Below, one piece after another: positions 1-10,224 of a stretch of DNA of 64,000 nucleotides (its first letter is position 1; each line of letters begins with the position of its first letter). The stretch is from Candidatus Babeliales bacterium. GTDB lineage: Bacteria > Babelota > Babeliae > Babelales > JANWKD01. The notes beneath the pieces are model-generated. The model worked only from the letters and a program-made list of their open reading frames with translations, did not search any database and had not been told where the DNA came from. The stretch lies in contig OY969622.1 in assembly GCA_963701665.1 (NCBI GenBank), positions 960,001-1,024,000 of the forward strand, given 5' to 3'. The translations under genes and the position numbers were made by a program.

Positions 1-2
1 TA

Positions 3-440
3 GTTGGTGTTGGCGTTTTAATTACCAAAGATGCAAAAATTCTTATGGGCAAAAGAAAAAATGCTCATGGCGATGGTACATGGGCACCTCCCGGTGGGCA
101 TTTAGAATATGGAGAAACGCCACAAGAAGGCGCGCAACGAGAAGTTCGTGAAGAAACAGGTCTTATTGTTAACACGATGCGTTGGCTCACCTTCACGAAC
201 GATATGTTTACTGAAGCAAAAAAACAGTATATTACGTTGTATTTCGTTACTGAATATATTTCTGGCACCCCTCAAATTTTAGAACCAGACAAATGTACCG
301 CTCTTGCATGGTTTGCTTTTGATGAGTTACCATCTCCTCTCTTTTTATCATTTCAAAATTTTTTAAAACAAAATATAATTACCTCGTTTTCATATCCTGA
401 TATTATACGCAATCAAAGCACGAAAAATATGACATTGTAA
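3..440 (+). CDS. Nudix hydrolase (NUDT15/MutT-like), 5' end outside window
   Basis: Nudix box GGHLEYGETPQEGAQREVREETG; frame is open upstream of the called ATG (VGVGVLI...) to the window edge. Confidence 0.9.
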   Translation, partial: VGVGVLITKDAKILMGKRKNAHGDGTWAPPGGHLEYGETPQEGAQREVREETGLIVNTMRWLTFTNDMFTEAKKQYITLYFVTEYISGTPQILEPDKCTALAWFAFDELPSPLFLSFQNFLKQNIITSFSYPDIIRNQSTKNMTL

Positions 441-441
441 A

Positions 442-471
442 TGTCATCCCGAGCGCAGCGTGGGGATCCAG
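442..471 (+). repeat. Single palindromic REP-like arm (GTCA-tagged family)
   Basis: tgtcatcccgagcgcagcgtggggatccag; same consensus as arms at 1669, 14566 and 35853; followed by a linker-like remnant (...tccttttaagg). Confidence 0.8.
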
Positions 472-503
472 AAATTCAATATATCCTTTTTAAGGCGAGT
501 GTC

Positions 504-1649
504 ATGCAAGAAAAAAATGAGATGGCAGTAGTATATATAATCACGAAGTTAGAGCTCGGTGGCGCACAAAAAGTATGTTTATCCCTTTTTGAACAATTAG
601 CCAAACGAGGGACAAAAACCTTCTTAATTTCTGGTAATGAAGGTCCGCTCGTTGAAAAAGTATATCATAACGAGCGCGTCATGCTTCTCAATACGTTCAA
701 ACGCGAGGTTTCATTCAAAATGCTCGTCAGTGAATACAAAAATTTTCTCAGCTTAATCGCGCGCATCAAAAAACTACGCCAAGAACATCCCTCGCTTATT
801 GTGCACACGCATAGCACAAAAGCCGGCCTTTTGGGCCGCTGGGCCGCGTTTTTTGCGGGCGTTTCACACCGCGTGCATACGGTGCACGGCTATCATTTTC
901 ACCGGCATCAGCCTTGGCGCGTGTGGCTTATTTCCTATCTTCTTGAACTCATTACCAGCTTTATTACCACGCAGTATGTATGTGTTTCCACCGCCGATAT
1001 CAACGAGGGCAATCGTCTTTTGCCTTTTTTTTCTAAGAAACACTCGCTTATCAGAGCAGCGGTGGCATGGGATGAATTTTATCAACCTGCCTATCGATTA
1101 CCATCTGAACCGATTGAAACATTTATTATCGGAACGGTCGCGTGCTTCAAAAAACAGAAAAACATTCATGATCTTTTAAAGGCTTTTGCACTCGCCTACC
1201 ACCACAATCCTGCACTGAGGTTAGAAATCATCGGTGATGGTCATTTACGTACGATGTTTGAATCATGGATCCGTGAGCATAATCTTACTTCAGTTATCAC
1301 GCTCCATGGATGGAAAAAAAACGTTTCTTTTTTTCTGAAACGATGGCACCTCTTTGCGCTCACCTCATTATGGGAAGGATTGCCATGCGCTATTGTTGAA
1401 GCACGCTTAATGAGATTACCCGTATTTGCCTATAATACGGGCGGCATCAATGATGTCATCAAACATAATGCAAATGGCTTTTTATATGAACATGGTGCAT
1501 GGGCCACCATGGCACATGATTTTGTTACGGTAAGCACTGATCAAGCAGCTTACGCACGCTTGTGTGCATTCAACGATGATTTACGCGATTTTCATGAAGA
1601 TACGATGGTTCAACGGCATCGTGATTTATATATACGAATTAGGATATAA
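504..1649 (+). CDS. Glycosyltransferase family 4 (GT-B)
   Basis: ITKLELGGAQ, HTHSTKAG and SLWEGLPCAIVEA motifs; start moved past the repeat to ATG 504. Confidence 0.9.
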   Translation: MQEKNEMAVVYIITKLELGGAQKVCLSLFEQLAKRGTKTFLISGNEGPLVEKVYHNERVMLLNTFKREVSFKMLVSEYKNFLSLIARIKKLRQEHPSLIVHTHSTKAGLLGRWAAFFAGVSHRVHTVHGYHFHRHQPWRVWLISYLLELITSFITTQYVCVSTADINEGNRLLPFFSKKHSLIRAAVAWDEFYQPAYRLPSEPIETFIIGTVACFKKQKNIHDLLKAFALAYHHNPALRLEIIGDGHLRTMFESWIREHNLTSVITLHGWKKNVSFFLKRWHLFALTSLWEGLPCAIVEARLMRLPVFAYNTGGINDVIKHNANGFLYEHGAWATMAHDFVTVSTDQAAYARLCAFNDDLRDFHEDTMVQRHRDLYIRIRI

Positions 1650-1668
1650 CTATACAACAAGCCAAAAA

Positions 1669-1772
1669 TGTCATCACGAGGAGCGAAGCTCCGTGGTGAC
1701 CCAGAACTTCAATAATTCCTTTAATGAATTAATTTTATAAGCTGGGTTGCCACGCTTTCGCTCGCAATGACA
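1669..1772. repeat. REPIN-like element: two inverted palindromic arms with AT-rich linker (subfamily A)
   Basis: TGTCAT...ATGACA ends; close match to 31646-31759; lies between convergent genes. Confidence 0.9.
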
Positions 1773-1782
1773 GCTTGCTTTT

Positions 1783-2568
1783 TCAGTATTGCCCTAGTTT
1801 GCCCCAGCGCTTTGCGATCTTTTCGCAATACACAAACAGAATAAGGCCACTAAAGAAATATAAGCCTGAATTCATAACAAGCGTAATCAATTGTCCATTC
1901 CTTATAAGTGTCGTTAATGTCGCGGATTCAAACAACACTGACCGTAATACAATGATACCCTCGGCAGTTGGCAACGTGTGCGCGATTTTTTGAATCCACA
2001 CAGGCAGCAACTCAATTGGCAACATTGAACCACTCAAATAGAAAAGAAGATTATCAATAAGATCAATAAGGCCCGCAACGTTTTTATATAATAACGCCAT
2101 TCCTGCAATGCAGAGACCAAAACCAACTAATCCAATTAAAATAATAATTAACACCGGAATAGCATCGATATGCAGTGGAATATGCATTGAGCACAAATAC
2201 ATGATGATAGTACTCATAACGCCAATCATTAACGTTGTTGAAATTATCGTAGAAATACTAGCACCAATAAAAATTATGGCCGGATGGATAGGGCTCATAT
2301 ACATTTGCTCCAGCGTGCCACTACGCCCTTCCAGCGTAAGAATTAAGCTTACTTTTAAGATATATGAAGAGTAGACCCACACAATATAGCCAATGAGTGA
2401 AGGCCCAAATTCTTCTAAATCTGTACTGCCATAATTCATGAGCAAAGCAGTACCTAAAAAATAGATTCCTAAGGTTATAAGCTCGCTAATAACATTAAAT
2501 TTATAGTGCCAATTAACCAGCAAACCTTTGCGTATTTCGTTGCGAATAACTAAGAGTGATGTTGTCAT
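1783..2568 (-). CDS. ABC-2 type exporter permease
   Basis: About 6 TM segments, EGRSGTLEQ motif and PIELLPVWIQKIAHTLP; directly downstream of the ABC ATPase. Confidence 0.85.
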   Translation of the reverse strand: MTTSLLVIRNEIRKGLLVNWHYKFNVISELITLGIYFLGTALLMNYGSTDLEEFGPSLIGYIVWVYSSYILKVSLILTLEGRSGTLEQMYMSPIHPAIIFIGASISTIISTTLMIGVMSTIIMYLCSMHIPLHIDAIPVLIIILIGLVGFGLCIAGMALLYKNVAGLIDLIDNLLFYLSGSMLPIELLPVWIQKIAHTLPTAEGIIVLRSVLFESATLTTLIRNGQLITLVMNSGLYFFSGLILFVYCEKIAKRWGKLGQY

Positions 2569-2571
2569 GCG

Positions 2572-3513
2572 TTAACTTTGATTCATGAGATGCACGAAAA
2601 CTTCTTCTAGATTATTATTAACTTTAGATGCTGAAAGCAATGCAAGTCCGTTCGATTTTATTTTTTCAATTAATACGTAAAGTTCTTGTGAGCTTGATAA
2701 GGTGCCAGATAAGATAGTTTTATTATCTTGGTGATTAATCGTAAAGCCTCTAAATAAATCAGATTGATCTTTGTTCAAAGATCCTTCTAATTTAATCTGA
2801 TAACATGTTGGCGAGCACAAGTTGAGAAACTCTTCAATCGGTTTTTGTGCAATCAACTTTCCTTTATTCATGATACCAATGTAATCACACAAACGCTCAG
2901 CTATATCAAGCTGATGCGTTGTAAGCACAATGGTCTTTTTTTCATCACGCGCTAATTTAATAATCCATTTTTTTACGGTGCGCGCGGCATGAATATCAAG
3001 GCCGAGGGTTGGTTCATCAAAGAGAATGATAGGAGGATTTGCAACCAATGCACATGCAATCGCTACTTTTTGTTGTGTCCCACGAGAGAAATCGCCCACT
3101 AACTCATGACGGCAATCCCACAACTCGAGATCATGCAAGAGCATTGCAGCTCGGTCGTATAAGGGGGTACCTGAAACTCCTTTTAGCCGACCATAATAGA
3201 GAAGATTTTCATGCGCACTCAACTGCCAATAAATATTACGCGCTCCCTCAAGTACAACGCCGATCTGTTTCATCGCTTGGTGACGATCAGCAACAATATC
3301 AAAGCCATTTAATCTAATGGTTCCCCGTGTCTGAGTAACAAGGCCACAAATCATTTTGAGCATTGTCGTTTTACCTGCACCATTGGGGCCAAGAAAACCA
3401 AACACCTCCCCTTCATGAATAGCCAAATCTATTGAATTAACTGCTTGAAACTGTTCTTTATTTCCTTGCTCGAAGACCTTACTTAATTTCTTTAACTCTA
3501 TGGCAATAGCCAC
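2572..3513 (-). CDS. ABC transporter ATP-binding protein (DrrA/CcmA-like)
   Basis: Walker A GPNGAGKT, signature FSRGTQQK, Walker B ILFDEP, H-loop. Confidence 0.95.
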   Translation of the reverse strand: MAIAIELKKLSKVFEQGNKEQFQAVNSIDLAIHEGEVFGFLGPNGAGKTTMLKMICGLVTQTRGTIRLNGFDIVADRHQAMKQIGVVLEGARNIYWQLSAHENLLYYGRLKGVSGTPLYDRAAMLLHDLELWDCRHELVGDFSRGTQQKVAIACALVANPPIILFDEPTLGLDIHAARTVKKWIIKLARDEKKTIVLTTHQLDIAERLCDYIGIMNKGKLIAQKPIEEFLNLCSPTCYQIKLEGSLNKDQSDLFRGFTINHQDNKTILSGTLSSSQELYVLIEKIKSNGLALLSASKVNNNLEEVFVHLMNQS

Positions 3514-3783
3514 ATTTCCCCCTGTTGGTTAAAAAAATAGAAATTTTTTGCATAGCTAATCATCACCCTTAGTATGCTGTGTTCATAGTACATAAAACAA
3601 TATTAAAAAGAAGAGATTTTTGAAGATTGCGTATCTTAGTATACATAGGCCTTTTTATAGCATGAAAATCGGTTAAGAATTTTAGGTAATTTTTTATGAA
3701 ACATTGTCAGAGTATAACAAAAAAAAGTTTTATCGCTACTAATACTTTTTTTAATGCATAAGCCCTTCAAGACGGGTTTATTG

Positions 3784-4599
3784 CTATGATGAAACATACG
3801 ATGCAATCCTATTATACCAGCCAGGGAGCCATCGCCCTTCATTGCGTTCTGGAGGAGCATTTTTGACCCGTTGTTCTAATACATGTCTTGCAGAATTTCT
3901 AAAATCTTTCAACGCTTCTATTCCCTCAGAGTTACCTTGCATCCCCTCTAATACCTGCAAGAGCCCCCACCTATGGCCGTTATATGATAACGAGGGATCA
4001 CCTCCCTCACCCTTAAAATTGAGGTAATCAACCAACACGTAAACACCGTTTTTACTCCGCAGAACACGATAAAATTGTTGTTTTATGTGATTTTTCTGTG
4101 ATTCTTTACCTATTGAACGCATCATCCTTGGCAACGATTTTTTTAGGCGCTGAATCGCGAAAGCAACCTGCAGATCAAATGTCTCTTTCAGAAACTTTCT
4201 CAAATCTTTCATGGCTGAGCTCTCGAAAGCAGCCATAAACTCTGCGCGTGTTTTCCATGGACAATAACGATGCAAGGCTATTGCTGGTATCTTTTTTCCA
4301 TGTCCTTTTATAAAGCGGACCAATTCTGGAAATGTATTCTTAAATATTTGCTTAACACCCGCGGGACACCAGGTAGCATGAATCGGTCCTAGCGAGGCTA
4401 GTTCTTCGCCCTCGTTCCACCAGGTTAACTTTGTATAATCGCCCCCGCACTCGTTACGAAAAATTTTTTGACCAATATCACGCGCTTCTTGTGCTGATAT
4501 ATGTTCCAGGACTGATGCGCTATTTTTATGCGTTTCTTTTGCATAAGAATCGTAGCTATACCATGCGAGTATGCACACAATAACTAGATGCATAGTCAT
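3784..4599 (-). CDS. Secreted conserved hypothetical protein
   Basis: Long ORF, signal peptide, AAGGAG RBS before ATG 4599; motif-rich (NECGG, WNEGEE, DYLNFKGEG, WGLLQVL). Confidence 0.75.
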   Translation of the reverse strand: MTMHLVIVCILAWYSYDSYAKETHKNSASVLEHISAQEARDIGQKIFRNECGGDYTKLTWWNEGEELASLGPIHATWCPAGVKQIFKNTFPELVRFIKGHGKKIPAIALHRYCPWKTRAEFMAAFESSAMKDLRKFLKETFDLQVAFAIQRLKKSLPRMMRSIGKESQKNHIKQQFYRVLRSKNGVYVLVDYLNFKGEGGDPSLSYNGHRWGLLQVLEGMQGNSEGIEALKDFRNSARHVLEQRVKNAPPERNEGRWLPGWYNRIASYVSS

Positions 4600-4662
4600 A
4601 GCACTATACTCCTTTAATGATTCTCGAAAAGAAAACATACTGCCTTTGAACAACGTAAAACG

Positions 4663-5511
4663 TTAGATAACCTCTAGATGTCTAAGAGTTTTTTTGAGAT
4701 CTTTCGATCCTTTAAAGTGAATACAACGTAACTTACGTTTACCAAGGCGCATTGCAGCTTCGATATTAAAATATTCATCATCAATAAAAATCGTAAATTC
4801 CATATCGGGATTAATGTTAAATTCTTTGAATGCAACATGAAAAAGTTCAGGATCCGGTTTAATCAAATGAACCTTTCCTGAAACTATGATGCCATCAAAA
4901 CAATCAAATAACTCTTTAAATTCTTTCTTCTTTCTAATCAATTCAAAAGTTTCTTGATCAAAGTTAGTTAACAGGTAAATTTTGTGCATATGCTGACCTG
5001 TATAACCTTTTTTACCGCGACATTTTTTTATAATTTTTATAACTGATTTTTTAGGAATAGTTACCGAAGCGAGTTGATCAGGAGTAAACATAAAATCGGT
5101 AATAGCGATCCACAATTTAGCTTTTCTCTTGCCAATCTTTGATTTAACTTCATTAATTTTTGCAGTGACAAGCGTTCTGACCTGTTTTGGCGTCTTAAGG
5201 CCTTGCAACCAATCACACATAATTTTTGGTAAAATTTTATCATTATTAGTTACCACTATTTGACCAGCTTTGTATGGTTCTATGGTACTTAAAAAATCCA
5301 TATATTCTTCTTCAATCCGCAATGGGTTTGAAAAAATATTGGCAAAAATATTACCTAATCCTATTTTAGAAAGCACAGAACTCGTCGATTGCTCACCAAG
5401 AACATCGCCAAAATCGATAAGAATATTGGTTGGCACAACCGCCAATCCTAGCGTATGAACCCCTAAGAGAAAAAAAATTACCATAAAGTTCATGCTTCGG
5501 TTTTTAATCAT
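4663..5511 (-). CDS. HAD-IA family phosphatase with N-terminal signal-like segment
   Basis: DFGDVL, LLTN, KPDP and FIDD motifs. Confidence 0.8.
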   Translation of the reverse strand: MIKNRSMNFMVIFFLLGVHTLGLAVVPTNILIDFGDVLGEQSTSSVLSKIGLGNIFANIFSNPLRIEEEYMDFLSTIEPYKAGQIVVTNNDKILPKIMCDWLQGLKTPKQVRTLVTAKINEVKSKIGKRKAKLWIAITDFMFTPDQLASVTIPKKSVIKIIKKCRGKKGYTGQHMHKIYLLTNFDQETFELIRKKKEFKELFDCFDGIIVSGKVHLIKPDPELFHVAFKEFNINPDMEFTIFIDDEYFNIEAAMRLGKRKLRCIHFKGSKDLKKTLRHLEVI

Positions 5512-5577
5512 AATGATCCCCTTAACAATGATTTAATTACACTATTATACAGGTATTCTAAAAAAAAATCCTTTTTA

Positions 5578-6345
5578 TTACTTTATTATGCCATAATATC
5601 GCAACAAGGAGGCCAGCTTTGAGGCTTTTTTACACAAAATAGTCATCATACCGAACTGTTGTGCTGTCACAAGGTTCTCATTCTGATCGTCAATATAGCA
5701 GCAGTCGGATGGTGTAAGGTTATATGTATCGATTAAATATTGATAGATCGTGGGGTCAGGTTTCAGCAATTGGGTTTCATACGAGGTGACAATGCCATCA
5801 AATAAGCTAAAAAAATTTTTATAGAGCATTTTTTGTGCCTCGAACGTTTCTCGATCAATATTGGACAGAATATAGAGACGATACCGATTATCCTTTTTCA
5901 AAGATCGTATCAAACACTCAATATGCGCAACTGGTCTAAACACATCTCCTGCATTTAACAGCAATTGAGCAAATCTTAGTAATGTTTTTCTTTGAAGCTC
6001 ATCTTTAAAATAATTCTTTTTGGCCAACACTCCAAAAAATGATAGCAAACGTTGAAGCGCTGCTTTACTATCTAATTTTCCTTGTTGCCATTCAAGCATA
6101 CACATAGGCAAATAAGTACCCCTATAAGCAACGACATCTTGGAATTCTCCAGGCGCCTCAAGACGCATTCTATTGAGAAGCGAAAAACTATCTTTGAATG
6201 GATCACTTCTATGTCGGAGATAATACATAATCAGAGCGTATACCCCGATTGTGTTGAGCGCCCTCGCTTTATCAATAAAAAAAAGAACACCCATAAAATC
6301 AAAAACGAGTGTTTTAATAGGACGCTCCTGCATGCATTCTTTCAT
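5578..6345 (-). CDS. HAD-IA family phosphatase
   Basis: FDFMGV, ILSN, KPDP and YIDD motifs; paralogous to its neighbour. Confidence 0.85.
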   Translation of the reverse strand: MKECMQERPIKTLVFDFMGVLFFIDKARALNTIGVYALIMYYLRHRSDPFKDSFSLLNRMRLEAPGEFQDVVAYRGTYLPMCMLEWQQGKLDSKAALQRLLSFFGVLAKKNYFKDELQRKTLLRFAQLLLNAGDVFRPVAHIECLIRSLKKDNRYRLYILSNIDRETFEAQKMLYKNFFSLFDGIVTSYETQLLKPDPTIYQYLIDTYNLTPSDCCYIDDQNENLVTAQQFGMMTILCKKASKLASLLRYYGIIK

Positions 6346-6589
6346 AATGTTAACGTTTTACTACCTAGCCAAGAGATGTTGAAAAAAATAAATCATATTT
6401 ATGCTACTAAAATCAAGAAATGATTTTCTGCTTTTTTTACTTTTTAGAGATATTCCTGCGATGAGCCTGATTGCGTGTTATTAGTATAGAAAAAATTATG
6501 CCCATTGTCTTTAAATGCGGCTGCCATTTTTCTTTTAGTTACTTTTTGGGTACATTAAAAAGAAAGAACCAATTACTCTTAAGAAAGCT

Positions 6590-6970
6590 ATGACCCTTTA
6601 TCAAGCCCTATTAATGGATCATTACCATCATCCACGTAATTATGGAAAGCTCGAAAATCCCCATTTTCAATCCGGGGATATGAACCCCTCCTGCGGGGAT
6701 AGCGTTTCATTGCAAGGCATTGTTGAAAATAATCATCTGAAAAAAGTCTGTTTTACCGCTCAAGGATGCGTCATAAGCATAGCGGCAGCATCGTTATTAA
6801 CCGAACATGTCACAGGACTTTCTCTAGATCAAATAGAACAATTAACCCCGGAGACCATGCAACAGCTCCTTGGCATTACCTTGGGGCCTTTACGATTGAA
6901 ATGCGCACTATTACCATTACAAGCCCTGCAAAAGGGAATCGTTGAATTCAAGAAGGCTCATCATGCTTGA
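6590..6970 (+). CDS. sufU: Fe-S cluster scaffold / sulfur transfer protein SufU/IscU
   Basis: DHYHHPRNYG, NPSCGD, GCVIS and RLKCA (three conserved Cys). Confidence 0.9.
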   Translation: MTLYQALLMDHYHHPRNYGKLENPHFQSGDMNPSCGDSVSLQGIVENNHLKKVCFTAQGCVISIAAASLLTEHVTGLSLDQIEQLTPETMQQLLGITLGPLRLKCALLPLQALQKGIVEFKKAHHA

Positions 6971-8087
6971 TAAACCTAAAGTCTTGCAGGCTCTACAGCA
7001 TGTAACCACATCATTATTTCATGATATTTCTGAACAGCTCGCACTCGCCCAGCAGCTTTGGCATGATGTCCAACAAGATCCGGCATTCGCCTATAAAGTC
7101 CGCGAGGCAAAAGCACCTTGGCTTATTCCCTCATGGACTGAAAAGCTCGGCACGACCTACCCGATCGAACAGAAAAAAGAAGAATACCACATTTTCTCCG
7201 TTGATGGTTCACAAATTTATCCCGATCGGCATCAAGGCACCTCGTGTTATCTTATTAATGTTGGTTCTGTACATATTCATTATAACAAGCAAAAAACCAC
7301 CGTAGCATTACATTCTGAACCACATGTATTCGCTCCCACCAATGCTCAAGAAGCTGAAGAAAGCTCATTGGATCATGTCAACTGTAAACGCCAAGATTTT
7401 GAACTAAAAGCAAGTCATGAACTAATCCAATGTTTATCCGCATCAGAAAAAAATGATGCCGCATTGCTTTTTGATGGATCACTCATTTTTTGGCACCTTG
7501 AAGGCAAAGATCCTGCCATGAAGCAGGAATATTGTAATCGCTATTTTCAGTCGTTATATATTCTTTACCAATCAAAGATGCTCACAGCCGGTTACATTAG
7601 CATGCCAAAGAGCAAAGAGCTCGTTAACCTTTTAAAACTTGCACTCGCTGATTTTGATCCACTCAACAATGATGCACACAAAAAAATTGACGAGGTTCTT
7701 GATGCACATCTTGCAAACTTTTTTTTACCCACAGCACATCACTCAATTATGTTCAAAAGTAATTCACTCATTACTGAATTATATCCTTCTTCCCTCAAAC
7801 CATATTTTTTTTATCTCAACACTGGATTTGAAATCGCACGCATTGAAATTCCTGCATGGATTGCGCACAATCCAGATGCCATAAAAACGTTAGCCACGAT
7901 AATTCTTGATCAAACGCAGAAAGGACGCGGCTATCCGGTATGCCTTGCTGAAGCGCACGAACAAGCAGTCGTGAAAGGACCTGATAGAGAATTTTTTTAT
8001 CATCTCATTCAAAAAATTGGCATCGAACATCATCAACGCATGCACATCTCACAAAAGAGCATGAAAAAACGCGGTATCGGCATTTAG
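6963..8087 (+). CDS. nurA: NurA-family nuclease
   Basis: VDGSQ, FDGSL and GYPVCLAEAHEQAVV motifs. Confidence 0.85.
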   Translation: MLDKPKVLQALQHVTTSLFHDISEQLALAQQLWHDVQQDPAFAYKVREAKAPWLIPSWTEKLGTTYPIEQKKEEYHIFSVDGSQIYPDRHQGTSCYLINVGSVHIHYNKQKTTVALHSEPHVFAPTNAQEAEESSLDHVNCKRQDFELKASHELIQCLSASEKNDAALLFDGSLIFWHLEGKDPAMKQEYCNRYFQSLYILYQSKMLTAGYISMPKSKELVNLLKLALADFDPLNNDAHKKIDEVLDAHLANFFLPTAHHSIMFKSNSLITELYPSSLKPYFFYLNTGFEIARIEIPAWIAHNPDAIKTLATIILDQTQKGRGYPVCLAEAHEQAVVKGPDREFFYHLIQKIGIEHHQRMHISQKSMKKRGIGI

Positions 8088-8187
8088 AAATGCTTTTACC
8101 ATAAGTACTTTTGTTGCATTTCAGAAAATGTTGCTATACACTGACTGCAAAATAAGTGTAATTCTCATTGCAATAAGAAGTGAAAAT

Positions 8188-9120
8188 ATGAAACAGAAAA
8201 CAGTCTTATCAACATTAACATTGTTTTTTTTATTACAGTCATCACCTTTGAATGCAAATAATTTTTTCTGGAGCATACTTACTTCCCCAGTTAGCCCTTA
8301 TGTGCTGTTTGTAGGTTTTTGGGGATTTGTAAAAGCAGTTGGCAAATTGGGCCTCGATTACGGAAGATTTGAGAATCTTAAAAATCAAAGAGTCGCTGAA
8401 GCACAAGAATCAGCTGATAATGAATCAGATATTCACATACAAAGGTATGAATATTTATCAGATAAAGCCAATAAAAAAAATCGAAAAATAAAAGAAAAGC
8501 AAAAATCAACAATGGACGTTTTGTACAATACAAATGCTGATTGTTCTGAAAAAATCCGCGATCTGCAATCGAGTAGAGAAAAAACAAATAAAGAATTAGA
8601 AAATAACTTTCACTTAATAGCAGAAAATGCCATTAAACAAAACCTTGAATCAAACAATGAGTTACGTAAGCATTGTGATAATGACTCTCAAAAGGTAATA
8701 GACATCACCAATTTACGTCTCCTTGCTCACCAAAAAAAATTAATGAAAGAAAGAAAAAAAGTAGAAAGATTACATAAAAAAAATACTACAATGCTTGAAT
8801 CGTTGGATAAAGATATAACTAAAAATCATATTGAAAACTGCGAACAAATTGGTCTTCTTAAAGTGCAAGTTAATAACACAAAACATGCCATCGACACAAG
8901 TACAAGAAAAAATCAATTAGAGTTAGAGGAACTTGAAGAAAAAAAGATCTTAATTGCCAAACTAAAACAAAGCTTAAAAGAACATAAAAGTATTTTGGAT
9001 AGAGTAAAAGTAAAAAGAGCTATTGAAATACCCTTTCCTAAAATTAAGGAAAGTACAAAAAAACTGTTTTATGATTCCGAAAAGTTTAATCCCAACAAAA
9101 AACATTTAATTGCAAATTAA
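8188..9120 (+). CDS. Hypothetical protein: signal peptide, TM segment, coiled coil
   Basis: Long AT-rich ORF, K/E-rich heptads. Confidence 0.7.
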   Translation: MKQKTVLSTLTLFFLLQSSPLNANNFFWSILTSPVSPYVLFVGFWGFVKAVGKLGLDYGRFENLKNQRVAEAQESADNESDIHIQRYEYLSDKANKKNRKIKEKQKSTMDVLYNTNADCSEKIRDLQSSREKTNKELENNFHLIAENAIKQNLESNNELRKHCDNDSQKVIDITNLRLLAHQKKLMKERKKVERLHKKNTTMLESLDKDITKNHIENCEQIGLLKVQVNNTKHAIDTSTRKNQLELEELEEKKILIAKLKQSLKEHKSILDRVKVKRAIEIPFPKIKESTKKLFYDSEKFNPNKKHLIAN

Positions 9121-9139
9121 TTACTTTAACAGGACAATT

Positions 9140-10165
9140 ATGATAAAAGGGACAATGTTTATAGCTAATATTTTTTTATTACTGTCTACTTCTACATATT
9201 CTATGAATGAAGAAATGTTGATAGAGGTTATTAAAAACAATAAAAAAATATTAGTACCACTTACTGCTGTTGCTCAACATATCAAACCTTTAGTTCCCAT
9301 AAAGGAATCTACTAGCATTTCTGCTGCATTTTTAAAATCTACTTTTCAATTTATCTCAGAATATCCAAAAGAAATTTTACAATTTTTAGGCTATGCTTCG
9401 TTACTTACTAGTATCCTTTGGTTCGCGAAGAGCAAAAAATGTATTATAACTCCTGGAGCAATCCAAAAACTTGATGATGAAGAAAAAGCAGAAATCAATT
9501 TCATTAAAAAAGAACGAGATGAGACAATCTCTGACGCTTATTTTATAGCAGAAAATCATGTATTAAAAATAATGAACAAACATTTAGAAAGAGGAAACAA
9601 AATCCATGCTCAAGCTCAATCTAATAAAGTCTTAATAGACGATGAACTTGAATTTGTCATACAAGAAGAAAAAAGCAATCGTAAAAAGTTACTTGCACAG
9701 CAAAAAGAAGAGGCTCAAAGAATCTTCGATAATTATTCTGAATCACATAAAGAACAAGTAAATTATATTCGCCAGAAAAGATTAGAAGTAGAATGTACTC
9801 TTAATGCATCCTTTGGCGAATTTAATAAATTTTCTAATCAACATCGTGAAAAAATTATTTGTTCATTTGATGATCTTCATGAAAATGTGGCCAAAATTAA
9901 GAAAAAACATACAGAACTAAGCGCAACAAAAAAAGCACTATTTGATAACATAGGTGTCGATATAAGCACTTTGGAACAATCTGCAAAGGTTTTAGAAGAT
10001 GTAACATCACAATTAAGCAGTAACTTAGAAGATATTAGTACAGAAGAGCTAACATCTTTAATACGGAACCTAGACGAACAAAAAGCTATTTTGCTGTCCT
10101 TAGAAGCTGCGGCTGAAGATGATAAAAGTTGTACCTATATATTTACCCCAGCTTTAGAAAACTAA
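9140..10165 (+). CDS. Hypothetical protein: signal peptide, TM segment, coiled coil
   Basis: Same architecture as the upstream ORF. Confidence 0.7.
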   Translation: MIKGTMFIANIFLLLSTSTYSMNEEMLIEVIKNNKKILVPLTAVAQHIKPLVPIKESTSISAAFLKSTFQFISEYPKEILQFLGYASLLTSILWFAKSKKCIITPGAIQKLDDEEKAEINFIKKERDETISDAYFIAENHVLKIMNKHLERGNKIHAQAQSNKVLIDDELEFVIQEEKSNRKKLLAQQKEEAQRIFDNYSESHKEQVNYIRQKRLEVECTLNASFGEFNKFSNQHREKIICSFDDLHENVAKIKKKHTELSATKKALFDNIGVDISTLEQSAKVLEDVTSQLSSNLEDISTEELTSLIRNLDEQKAILLSLEAAAEDDKSCTYIFTPALEN

Positions 10166-10224
10166 CCCCCACATTACTGTATTTTTCAAAATTTTCGTAA
10201 TGATTTTACTATTCCTGTGATTAT

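Noticed and set aside
441..503. N-terminal extension of the glycosyltransferase, and likewise tmk 23616-23672, as repeat-in-protein insertions
   Set aside because: The extensions are translated repeat sequence ahead of better downstream starts. Coding use cannot be shown without proteomics.
3784..4599. Lysozyme-like function for the secreted conserved protein
   Set aside because: Only a loose impression from the Glu...SLG motif; it needs a profile or structure search.
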